NCBI GenBank assembly: GCA_965140785.1
Contig: OZ223485.1
Coordinates: 1 to 40,860 of the forward strand
Source of the DNA: an uncultured Ruficoccus sp.
GTDB lineage: Bacteria > Verrucomicrobiota > Verrucomicrobiia > Opitutales > Cerasicoccaceae
DNA: 40,860 nucleotides
Direction of reading: 5' to 3'
Below are positions 1 to 9,919 of this stretch, in pieces (positions within the stretch are counted from its first letter, which is position 1; every line of letters begins with the position of its first letter). The position numbers and the translations under genes were made by a program. A model generated the notes under the pieces. It was not told the origin of the DNA and did no database searches. It saw nothing but the letters and a program-made list of their open reading frames with translations.

Positions 1-1418
<1,418 letters not shown>

Positions 1419-1847
1419 TCATGATGTCTTACCGGGCACCCCGGTTTGCCGCCGGGGCCATTCGAGGATGCGGCGGTAGAGCGCCCAATGGCGGTAGACG
1501 AGAGTCGCGAGCACAGCCCCGACGGCATCGGCCAGCAGATCCCAGCCGTCCATCGTGCGGTAGGGAGTCATGCCTTGGTGAAGTTCGTCGGAGGCCCCAA
1601 AGGCGACCGTCAACCCGATGGTCCAGAGTAGCCGGTAAGCATCCCGCATGCCGCCGGGAAAGGCGCGGTAAATGGCCGTGGCCAGCAGGCCGAAGACGAG
1701 TAGATGGATCAGCTTGTCCAGGTGCGGGATTTCGGGCGGACCGACAGCCGGGACGCCGCGCCCGGAGAGCAGCGTAATGCTCGTAGCGAGTCCGAGGGGC
1801 AGGGCCCAGCGGACAAGGGTTGACCAGTTGGGACGGCGCTCAGTCAC
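1419..1847 (-). CDS. VanZ-family membrane protein
   Basis: 142 aa, several hydrophobic helices, motifs DKLIHLLVFGLL and GASDELHQ..PYRT..DLLADAVGA typical of VanZ-like proteins; GTG start. Confidence 0.85.
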   Translation of the reverse strand: MTERRPNWSTLVRWALPLGLATSITLLSGRGVPAVGPPEIPHLDKLIHLLVFGLLATAIYRAFPGGMRDAYRLLWTIGLTVAFGASDELHQGMTPYRTMDGWDLLADAVGAVLATLVYRHWALYRRILEWPRRQTGVPGKTS

Positions 1848-1885
1848 GGGCAGTTCTTGGGAGCAGAGGCTGGCGCTTCGGCTTT

Positions 1886-3043
1886 TCAGGCTCCCGTCTC
1901 TTTCGACTGGGCCAGGGCGTTATTGAGCGCACGAGAGAGGCTTTCGATGAGAAAGGGCTTTTGGATGATTTCGGTCACGCCAAACTCCTTCAGTTTGGCC
2001 TCCGTGTCCGAGTCGTTAAAGGCCGTGACGAGAATGAATGGCAGGTCGGGACGGACAGAGAACAACTGCTCGGCCAGTTCGGGCCCGGACATTTCGGGCA
2101 TTTTCGAGTCCGAAAGGACGAGATCGAAGTACTGCGGGTGCCGTTTGACCATATCCAGCGCCTCGGAGCCGTTTTCGGCCACACTGACGCGGTAGCCGAG
2201 CGTGTGCAGGATATCCATACCCAGCCCGCGCATGATGGGCTCGTCGTCCACCAGCAGGATTGCTTTCTTTTCCTCCGGAAAGTCTTCCGCCGAGGGCATG
2301 GGGGCCTCGGGCTCGGGCGTTTCCTCGGAAAGGGGCAACTGGATGGAGAAGGTTGTACGTTTGTCGGGCTCGCTGGTGGCCTCAATCTCCCCGCCGCAGT
2401 CGTGGACGATTTTGTGAACGACGGCCAGGCCGAGGCCCGTGCCCATCCCGAGCTCCTTCGTGGTGAAGTACGGGTCGAAAATGCGCGGCAGGATGTCGGC
2501 AGGCATGCCGGGGCCGGTATCACTGACCTCCAGAAGCGCCTGCTGGCCCGACTCGTCCGTATTGAGACAGAGGGTGAGCGTGCCGCCCTTGTCGCCGAGC
2601 GACTGGAGGGCATTGTGGCAAAGGTTGGTGAGCAATTGCTGCATCTGGCTGGCATTGGCCAGGACGCAGACTGGCTCCTCGGGCAGGTTGACCTGAAGCG
2701 TGACGGAGGGGCTGATGAAGCCTTCCAGCAGCCGTTCGACATGGGCGATAGTCCCGCGCAGGTCGAGCACCTTGTGGGGGATGTTGTCGTGGCGGCTGTA
2801 GGCGGAAATCTGTTCGACCAGTTCGTGGGCGCTGCGGGCGGCAAGCATGACGTTGGCCATGGCCTTGCGGGCGAGCTTCTCGTTCTTGAACTCTCGCAGC
2901 GCCAGCTCGGTGTTACCCTGGACTCCGGTGAGAAGATTTTTCAGGTCGTGAGCGATACCGCGGGCGAGCTTACCCAGTATGAGCAACTTTTCGTCGGTAC
3001 AGGCCTCCGAGGGGTCTGGGTCCAGGCTGAAGTGCTCGCTCAT
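1886..3043 (-). CDS. Cytoplasmic hybrid histidine kinase (HisKA-HATPase-REC), no sensor domain
   Basis: H-box IAHDLKNLL, N-box NLCHNA, DTGPGM, FDPYFTTK, GTGLGL; C-terminal receiver LLVDDE..DLVLSDSKMPEMSG..ILVTA..QKPF. Confidence 0.92.
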   Translation of the reverse strand: MSEHFSLDPDPSEACTDEKLLILGKLARGIAHDLKNLLTGVQGNTELALREFKNEKLARKAMANVMLAARSAHELVEQISAYSRHDNIPHKVLDLRGTIAHVERLLEGFISPSVTLQVNLPEEPVCVLANASQMQQLLTNLCHNALQSLGDKGGTLTLCLNTDESGQQALLEVSDTGPGMPADILPRIFDPYFTTKELGMGTGLGLAVVHKIVHDCGGEIEATSEPDKRTTFSIQLPLSEETPEPEAPMPSAEDFPEEKKAILLVDDEPIMRGLGMDILHTLGYRVSVAENGSEALDMVKRHPQYFDLVLSDSKMPEMSGPELAEQLFSVRPDLPFILVTAFNDSDTEAKLKEFGVTEIIQKPFLIESLSRALNNALAQSKETGA

Positions 3044-3058
3044 AGGCAGAAGTGAAGC

Positions 3059-4054
3059 TTAGGCTATGCCGGGGTCGAGGCGTTTATCTCCGTCGAGGTA
3101 GTTTTTAACGTAGTCGGTGACGGCCTCGGCCAGCGGCCACTGCGGCCCGGCGTAGCCCGTGCTCTGGAGCTTGGCGGTGTCGGCCTGAGTGAAATACTGG
3201 TACTTGGGGCGCAGGCTTTCGGGCATGTCGATGAAGTCGATCTGCACGGGCATGTCCAGCGCTTCAAAGATCGGCGTGACGAGTGTCTTCCAGGTATTGG
3301 CCTGGCCGGAGCCGAGATTGTAGAGTCCGCTGGCGGCAGGCGTATCGGCCAGGTGAAGGGTCATCTCGATGGCGTCCTTGACGTAGAGGAAGTCGCGCAT
3401 CTGCTCGCCGTCTGCGTAGTCGGGGTGGTAGCTCTTGAAGAGGTTGACGCGGCCTGTGTCGCGAATCTGGGCGAAAGCCTTATGTACGACACTGCGCATA
3501 TCGCCCTTGTGGTCTTCGTTTGGGCCGAAGACATTAAAGTACTTCAGGCCGACGACTTGGTCGAGAAGGCCGTTACGCTGCGCGTAGAGGTCGAACAGGT
3601 GCTTGGAGTAGCCGTACATGTTCAGCGGGCGCAGGCGGGAAAGCTCGGGGTCCTTGTCGTCCATGCCCTGAGCGCCGTCGCCGTAGGTGGCCGCGCTGGA
3701 GGCGTAAACGAAGCGGCACTTGTTCGCCAGGGCCCATTGAGCAAGGACCTTGGTGTACTCGTAGTTATTGTGGATGAGGTAGCGGCAGTCTTTTTCCGTC
3801 GTGGCCGAGCAGGCTCCGAGGTGGAAAATCGCCCGGATATCGTTAAAATCCTCCAACTCGTCAATGAGGTCGTCGGCCTCCAGGTAGTCGGCGTAGCGCA
3901 GGGGGACGAGGTTCTTGAACTTGTCGTCCTCGCCGAGGAAGTCGCTCACAAGGATGTTGTCGAGGCCGCGCTGGTTGAGCGCCCAAATCAGGGCGCTTCC
4001 GATGAAGCCTGCTCCGCCGGTGACGAGGATGCGTCCTTTTTCCAAAACTGACAT
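3059..4054 (-). CDS. hldD: ADP-L-glycero-D-manno-heptose 6-epimerase
   Basis: ILVTGGAGFIGS, FHLGACSATTE, YASSAATYG, PLNMYGYSK (YxxxK), YFNVFGPNEDHKGDMRS, RDFLYVKD, KYQYFTQAD. Confidence 0.95.
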   Translation of the reverse strand: MSVLEKGRILVTGGAGFIGSALIWALNQRGLDNILVSDFLGEDDKFKNLVPLRYADYLEADDLIDELEDFNDIRAIFHLGACSATTEKDCRYLIHNNYEYTKVLAQWALANKCRFVYASSAATYGDGAQGMDDKDPELSRLRPLNMYGYSKHLFDLYAQRNGLLDQVVGLKYFNVFGPNEDHKGDMRSVVHKAFAQIRDTGRVNLFKSYHPDYADGEQMRDFLYVKDAIEMTLHLADTPAASGLYNLGSGQANTWKTLVTPIFEALDMPVQIDFIDMPESLRPKYQYFTQADTAKLQSTGYAGPQWPLAEAVTDYVKNYLDGDKRLDPGIA

Positions 4055-4061
4055 GATAACC

Positions 4062-4864
4062 TTAAAGCTGGGAGAGTTCGACCGAGCGCGTTTGGGCCGC
4101 CTGAAGGGCTTCGGTCACGATCGAGCGCAGATTGTTCCCCGCGAAAGATTCCAGCGCGGCCTGCGTGGTACCACCTGGAGAGGTGACGTGGTTGCGCAGC
4201 GTCTCTGGGTCCTCCGAGGAATTGTCCATCAGCAGGGCCGAGCCGAGCACGGTCTGCTTGGCCAGGAGAGCGGCGGTGGGGCGCTCAAGCCCGAGCTTCA
4301 CTCCGGCTTCTTCCAGGGCCTTGGTGAACTCGAAAATATAGGCCGGGCCGGAGCCACTGAGCGCGGTGACCGCGTCCAGTTGGGCCTCGGGCAATGCGAC
4401 GGTGAGCCCGAGCGCGCCGAGAATAGCCTCGACCGCCGTGGTGTCCGCTGCGGCCAGAGGCGAGCGTGAAGCATAGGCGGTGGCCCCTGCGCCGATCTGG
4501 CCGGGAGTGTTGGGCATGGCACGCACGAGGTTACGGCACTGCGGGAACTTCGCCCCGAGCCGCTCAAGCGTGGTGCCTGCGAGAATGGAAATAACGAGCT
4601 TGCTCGCGGTGAGTGCCGTCAGTGTGGCGTCCAGCGCGCTGAACTGCTGCGGCTTGCAGGCCAGGACCATGATGTCGGCCTCCGGCAAGAGCCCGGCCAG
4701 ATCGCGGGAGAATCCGATCCCGGTCTTTTCCGCCAGGGCGGGGCCGGTGTCATCGTCGCACAGGTGCAGGCGAGCTGCGCGGGCGGGTATACGTTCTGAC
4801 GGATAAGACCGCCGATGATGGCCGAGGCCATACGCCCGGCTCCGAGAAAAACCACTTTTGCCAT
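4062..4864 (-). CDS. proC: Pyrroline-5-carboxylate reductase (one apparent frameshift near 4759)
   Basis: N-part MAKVVFLGAGRMASAII in one frame; C-part LACKPQ..ISILAG..RAMPNTP..DAVTALSGSGPAY..VTSPGGTT in another. Restoring one base in TGT-G(G)C-GAC joins them. Confidence 0.93.
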
Positions 4865-4868
4865 GTGT

Positions 4869-6008
4869 TTAGCCGATTGTCTGTCCTGCCGGGGAAGCCG
4901 AAGCAATCGGGTAGCTGAGCACCGCGCAGGTGCCGCCGCCGTTGCGCTCATGCAGGTTCAAATCCCCCTGAAGGTTGCGAACGGCATGGCGGGCCATGGT
5001 GAGCCCGAGGCCGCGACCCACGGAGGTCTTAGTCGTGATGAAGGGTTCGAAAATGGTGTCGCGAATATCTTCGGGGATGCCCGCTCCGTCGTCGTTAGCC
5101 TTAATCAGGAGGCGCTGGCCTCCGTCTTTGGTATCAACGAGCTCGGTTTCGAGCCATACCTCGCGGTTTTCGTTGGGCTCGTTTTTCGGGTAGGACTCCC
5201 AGGCGTTGATGAGCAGCTTGCCGATGATGCTTTCGATGACCTCGGCATTGGTGGTCATCGTGAAATCTTCCGGAAGGTCGTTGGAAATAGTGACGACCGT
5301 CTCGACCTCGTACTCCTGCTTAAAGCGTGCGACGCTGCCCTCCAGCAAGTCCTGAAGGTTGAGCGGGGTGAGGGCGACGCGCTCGTTGGTGGCGATCGTG
5401 CTGAGCTGCCGGATGATGTTGACCATGCGGTTGATGGCCTGATCCATCAAGGTGACGCTGCGCTGAACCATGTCGGGGCTGTCGAAGCCGTTCTTGAGCA
5501 GGTCGAGGTAGCCGACGACGACGCCGAGGAGATTGTTCAGGTTGTGCGCAATCCCTTGAGTGATGGCGCCGATGGCTGCCGTCTTGCGGGAGTCGGCCAG
5601 GCGCATCTGCAGGTCCATGTTTTCGCGGAAAAACTCCTGCAGGCGCAACTGGGTTTTTACGCGGGCGAGGGTCTCGTCCAAGTCGATCGGCTTGGTAATG
5701 TAGTCCACGCCGCCGGCGCTGAGCCCCTCAAGCTTACCCTCTTTGGAGGACTTGGCGGTGATGAAAATAATCGGGATGGCCTTGGTGTCCTCGTTTTCCT
5801 TAAGGCGCTGGCACGCTTCAATGCCGTCCATCTCTGGCATCATGACATCCAGCAGGATCAGGTCGGGGGGGCTGGCCTTGACCGCGTCCAGACACTCCAG
5901 ACCGTTATAGGCGGTTTGGACGACATAGCCCTCGCGCTCAAGCTTGCGTTGCAGCAGCTTGATGTTAATGGGCTGGTCGTCGACAACGAGGATTTTAGCG
6001 GGCTTCAC
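4869..6008 (-). CDS. Hybrid response regulator/histidine kinase (REC-HisKA-HATPase)
   Basis: N-terminal receiver ILVVDD..PDLILLDVMMPEMDG..IIFITA..DYITKP; H-box IAHNLNNLL; INAWES, DDGAGIP, FEPFITTK, GRGLGL; GTG start. Confidence 0.92.
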   Translation of the reverse strand: MKPAKILVVDDQPINIKLLQRKLEREGYVVQTAYNGLECLDAVKASPPDLILLDVMMPEMDGIEACQRLKENEDTKAIPIIFITAKSSKEGKLEGLSAGGVDYITKPIDLDETLARVKTQLRLQEFFRENMDLQMRLADSRKTAAIGAITQGIAHNLNNLLGVVVGYLDLLKNGFDSPDMVQRSVTLMDQAINRMVNIIRQLSTIATNERVALTPLNLQDLLEGSVARFKQEYEVETVVTISNDLPEDFTMTTNAEVIESIIGKLLINAWESYPKNEPNENREVWLETELVDTKDGGQRLLIKANDDGAGIPEDIRDTIFEPFITTKTSVGRGLGLTMARHAVRNLQGDLNLHERNGGGTCAVLSYPIASASPAGQTIG

Positions 6009-6101
6009 AGCGCGATGGATAATTCGAGTTCGGCGCTATGATGAGCGCGTAGGGCCTGACAGCGCAAACCCATTTTTTACGTTTAATGAACGGGGCGGTC
6101 G

Positions 6102-6707
6102 CTATTCGGCGATCACCATGGTGCGGCTGAGGAAATCATGCCCGGCCCGGCGGTTACGGTTAAAGAAGGCGATCAGGTAGTTTGCCCACCACAGCATGGG
6201 GACAGGCAGCGGAAAGAGAAGAGTGAGGCTCTTGATGGCGCCGCGCAGGCCGGATTCGAGCAAATGCGGAGGCTGGCCGGTTTCGATCTTGATCGTGCGC
6301 AGGCCAAAAGTGCGCTTGCCCAGCGTGGTGCCCTTGAAAATGCCCTCGCTAAACCCGAAGTACACCCAGAAGGCCAGGATCATGCTTTGCCAGGCAAAGG
6401 CGAGCATTTCGACCATCGGGCTGTCTTCGGCCGGTTCGGGCACGGGCGGGGGCTGCTCTCCGTTGAGCTTGGCCTGCTCGGCGGCGGCGGCGTAGCCGTC
6501 GATGGCCTTGACGAAATCCCGCATGCCCTCGGCGTGATGCTGCGGCAGGAGGATCTTGATCAGCAGGAAGAGGGTGAAGAAGAACACCAGCAGCGAGTCC
6601 ATCAGAAAGGCCAAAAAACGCACGCCCATCCCGGCCTTGCGCGGATGCGGCTCAATCGGCGGGGTGGAGATACCCTTGGGCAGGGTTGGGGGTGTCGGCT
6701 CGGCCAT
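6102..6707 (-). CDS. RDD-family membrane protein
   Basis: RFLAFLMD, GTTLGKRTFGLR, RRAGHDFLSRTMVI are RDD-family signatures; hydrophobic helices. Confidence 0.88.
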   Translation of the reverse strand: MAEPTPPTLPKGISTPPIEPHPRKAGMGVRFLAFLMDSLLVFFFTLFLLIKILLPQHHAEGMRDFVKAIDGYAAAAEQAKLNGEQPPPVPEPAEDSPMVEMLAFAWQSMILAFWVYFGFSEGIFKGTTLGKRTFGLRTIKIETGQPPHLLESGLRGAIKSLTLLFPLPVPMLWWANYLIAFFNRNRRAGHDFLSRTMVIAE

Positions 6708-6756
6708 GTGTGTCGGTCAATGCGGGGTTTTCACCGCTCCGGGCGTAAGGACGGGC

Positions 6757-7627
6757 TTAGCTTTGGCTGAGCTTAAAGGCCTTGACGGTGTTGCTCATGA
6801 GCATGGCCACGGTCATGGGGCCGACGCCGCCGGGTACGGGCGTGATTTTGCTGCATTTGGGCGAGACGGCCTCGAAGTCCACATCGCCGACCAGGCGGTA
6901 GCCACGCTTGCGGGTGGCGTCCCTCGACGCGGTTGATGCCCACGTCGATGACGACTGCGCCCTCCTTGACCATGTCGGCGGTGACGAAGTTCCCCCGGCC
7001 AATGGCGGCGACGAGGATGTCGGCCTGCGAAGTGACCTCGGGGAGATTCTGCGTGCGTGAGTGGCACATGGTGACGGTGGCGTCGCCCATTTCGGCCTTC
7101 ATGCCCAGCAGAAGCGAGACGGGCTTGCCCACGATGAGGCTGCGTCCGAGTACGGCCACGTTCTTGCCCCTGGTCTCGACGCCGGAGCGCTTCAGCAGCT
7201 CGATAATGCCCGCCGGGGTGCAGGCCACAAACGCCGTCGGGTCCTCCTGGCAGAGCTTGCCGAGGTTCGCGGCGTTAAAGCCGTCCACGTCCTTGAGCGG
7301 GGAGACGCGGTTGAAGACCTCGCGTTCGTTCATGTGCGAGGGCAGGGGGGCCTGTACGAGGATGCCGTGGACGCCGGGGTCGGCGTTGAGCTCGTCGATA
7401 AGGGTCAAAAGTTCTTCCTGGGTGGTGGACTCGGGCAGCTCGCACAGGCGACTTTCGATTCCGACCTCGCCGGCCACGCGCTGCTTTTTGTTCACGTAGG
7501 AGACCGAGGCGGGGTCTTCGCCCACGCGGATGAAGGTCACACAAGGCTCGCCCAAGAGGGAGCCGACTTCAGTGGCCACATCGGCCAGCACTTGCTTCGA
7601 AATCGCGTTGCCGTCAATCAATTCCAT
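6757..7627 (-). CDS. folD: Bifunctional methylenetetrahydrofolate dehydrogenase/cyclohydrolase (apparent frameshift near 6922)
   Basis: [65 protein letters not shown], then in a shifted frame [27 protein letters not shown]. One extra G in GAGGGAC. Confidence 0.95.
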
Positions 7628-7826
7628 TCCCTGAAACAAAGCCCAGCGTCCGCGCTTGGCAATGCCGGATTTGCGCGATGCGGGTTACCCTCCCCGAGTC
7701 GGGCCTGCGCAGCCCGGACCTGCGGTGAAGTTTGTTTGAGTTGGCGTCAACCGCCGTTGCCCATTCTGCCATGTTGGCGGCAGAATCAGTGATGCGTGAG
7801 CATCGCGGGTGTTGGACGCTGTCCTG

Positions 7827-8876
7827 CTAGCGGGTCAGGCGGACGAATTTAGCCTTGATCACGATCGGGACGGTGCCGCCGATTTTTTCGGGGACGCCCT
7901 CAATGATGACCGGCTTGTCGAGATAGGCCTCGATCGGAGAGACCAGAAGTGCGTTTTCGATATCGACGTAGGCGATGCGCTTGCCGGAGGGGTCATTTAG
8001 CGCGTAGCTGTAGTCCGGCCCGAAAAAGTCGAAGTTGAAGCCCTTGACGCGGTTAAACGTGCCCTCGAACAGGCGGGGAACTTCCCGGCTGAGCATTTCG
8101 GTCTTGGTCGAGCTGGCAGCGACGGGTGCGTACCCGGGCGGCGGAGCAACGGGGCGGCGCGGGGTTACTGGCTGCTGAACAGACGGCGGCGCGGCGGGGG
8201 TGGCCGGAGCCTGGGCGGAAATCATGGAGGTGCCGGTTTTTGCTGCCGGGGCAGGCTTGGGGCGGGGCGTCGGAGCAGTTGCGGGAATTTCTTCCAGCTC
8301 TTCGACGGCGATGATTTCGCCGCCTTCCTGCGTGACAGGTATGGTGCTCACGGCCACGCCGGGCGCATTAGAGGCTGCTGCCGGGGTGTAGGCGATCCGC
8401 TGGGTGGCATAAGTCACCGTCGGGGCGGTGTTGGCAGCGGCCACGCTGGGCAGCGGCGGGAAAATCTCAGGGTTCTGGTAGTACACGTGGCCTTTGCCCT
8501 TAAAGGCAACGGTGGCCCAGTTACCGCTACGGTCGATGATCTCGGCGTTGTCGCCGACCTGGATGCGGGCGATGATGTGGCTGGAAAGGCTCTTGCGCAT
8601 GAACAATCGCGCTCCGGGGTTGAAAGTCCCGTCCTTGTTGGTTTCGGGGATCTCGACAAAGCCGATGTAGTGCCCCGGATAGGCAATGCGGTACCAGTCG
8701 TTGTTGACCTTCCCACCGATGACCGGGTGCTCCGGTGCGAGCGCTTCCACCTCGGAGAGGGGGACCGTCTTGAACACAACGCCGTTGGCCTCAGGCTCCA
8801 GGTAGAGGTTTACAGCGGGCTGGGCGCACAGACTGGCCGCGCCCAACAGGGATAAAATGGCGATAAGGCTACGCAT
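7827..8876 (-). CDS. Secreted hypothetical protein with possible SH3-like segments and Pro/Ala-rich linker
   Basis: Signal peptide MRSLIAILSLLGAASLCA; SH3b-like pattern LFMRKSLSSHIIARIQVGDNAEIIDRSGNWATV; PAPAAK/PATPAAPP low-complexity linker; beta-rich C-terminus. Confidence 0.7.
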   Translation of the reverse strand: MRSLIAILSLLGAASLCAQPAVNLYLEPEANGVVFKTVPLSEVEALAPEHPVIGGKVNNDWYRIAYPGHYIGFVEIPETNKDGTFNPGARLFMRKSLSSHIIARIQVGDNAEIIDRSGNWATVAFKGKGHVYYQNPEIFPPLPSVAAANTAPTVTYATQRIAYTPAAASNAPGVAVSTIPVTQEGGEIIAVEELEEIPATAPTPRPKPAPAAKTGTSMISAQAPATPAAPPSVQQPVTPRRPVAPPPGYAPVAASSTKTEMLSREVPRLFEGTFNRVKGFNFDFFGPDYSYALNDPSGKRIAYVDIENALLVSPIEAYLDKPVIIEGVPEKIGGTVPIVIKAKFVRLTR

Positions 8877-8930
8877 CGCTAGTGCCTAAACCTATCATGC
8901 AAACCGGTCTGAGGGTCAACTGGAAAAGGG

Positions 8931-9033
8931 GGATTGGGAAGTTTGAGCGTTGGTTCCTCGGAATAGTCACAGCCGTTATGGGTGCCATGGGGCTCCCCAT
9001 AACTTTCAAATGCTCAAACATTCAAACGCTTAA
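8931..9033. repeat. Degenerate 8-bp-periodic repeat arms in inverted orientation
   Basis: 9001-9033 AA-CTTTCAAA-TGCTCAAA-CATTCAAA-CGCTTAA; partial opposite arm GGAAGTTTGAGCGTTGG at about 8937-8953. Confidence 0.55.
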
Positions 9034-9042
9034 CCGGTTCCG

Positions 9043-9611
9043 TCAGGAACCGGGCTTGGAGGCGGGCAGCGCGGCCAGCTCGGCGGGGAGCTTGTCGGCC
9101 TCGTAGGTGGGGAAACTCAGTTGCAGCAGCGCGGTCAGCGGCACCTCAAAAGTGGTCTGGCCCTGGCTGCGGTCCACCAGCACGGCCACGCCGGTGCAGT
9201 TGCCGCCTTCGGCCTTGATGATGTCGAGGGCCTCGCGCACGCGGCCGCCGCGGGTGATGACGTCCTCGACCACGAGGATACGCTCGCCCGACTCGATCTT
9301 GAAGTTGCGGCGCAGAGCCAGCTTGTCGTCCACCTTTTCGACGAAAGAAACCGCTTGTCGGCCTGGCGGGCGACTTCCTGGCCGATGACGAGCCCACCCA
9401 TGGCCGGGGCGACCACGGTGTCGTAGCCGTCGGTGCCGACTTTTTCCAGCAGCAGCTCAGCCAGTCGGGTGACCTGCCGCATCCGCTCGCACACCCGTGC
9501 GCACTGGAAAAAAGTGCCCGCTGTGCAGCCCGCTGCGCAGCACAAAGTGCCCTTGAGCAGGGCGCCGGTTTCCTCGAAAATACTTAAAACTTCCTTCTGG
9601 GTATCGGACAT
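9043..9611 (-). CDS. pyrE: Orotate phosphoribosyltransferase (three apparent indels near 9551, 9510 and 9346)
   Basis: Pieces across frames: MSDTQKEVLSIFEETGALLKG / HFVLRSGLHSGHF / FQCARV..VVAPAMGGLVIGQEVARQ / FVEKVDDKLALRRNF..ILVVEDVITRGG (PRPP-binding motif)..VLVDRS..KPGS. Confidence 0.93.
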
Positions 9612-9817
9612 GGGGCTCAAGACAGACAAACCCGCGCCCGGCAGGCAATATTTTTACGGAGGGTGGATGCGCTCGCTGGCCTTGAGTGAGACCAAGCCGC
9701 CCCGGGGCAGGCTCCTGAGCTCCCCTCAAGGAATCGTTGCCCGCTCTAGATCTTAGCGCTCTCACCCCCCATGACCCGAAACCCTCTCCCGTCCCCGGGT
9801 AAGCCGCCTTTCTGGCG

Positions 9818-9837
9818 GCGTAGGGGCACCGCCCCTC
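9818..9837 (+). repeat. GTAG-type REP-like palindrome
   Basis: GCGTAGGGGCACCGCCCCTC; 18/20 identical to the reverse complement of 13669-13688. Confidence 0.5.
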
Positions 9838-9919
9838 ATGATCCCGTGCGGCCGCGCACCCTGCAAAAAGGGATTGCCGGAACGGCTGTGGTGCTTACAT
9901 AGTCCGCAACTTCTTTGGC

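Noticed and set aside
9660..9815. Possible ncRNA or pyrimidine attenuator between the divergent pyrE and smc genes
   Set aside because: Only short GC-rich hairpins are present, with no recognisable consensus or second copy.
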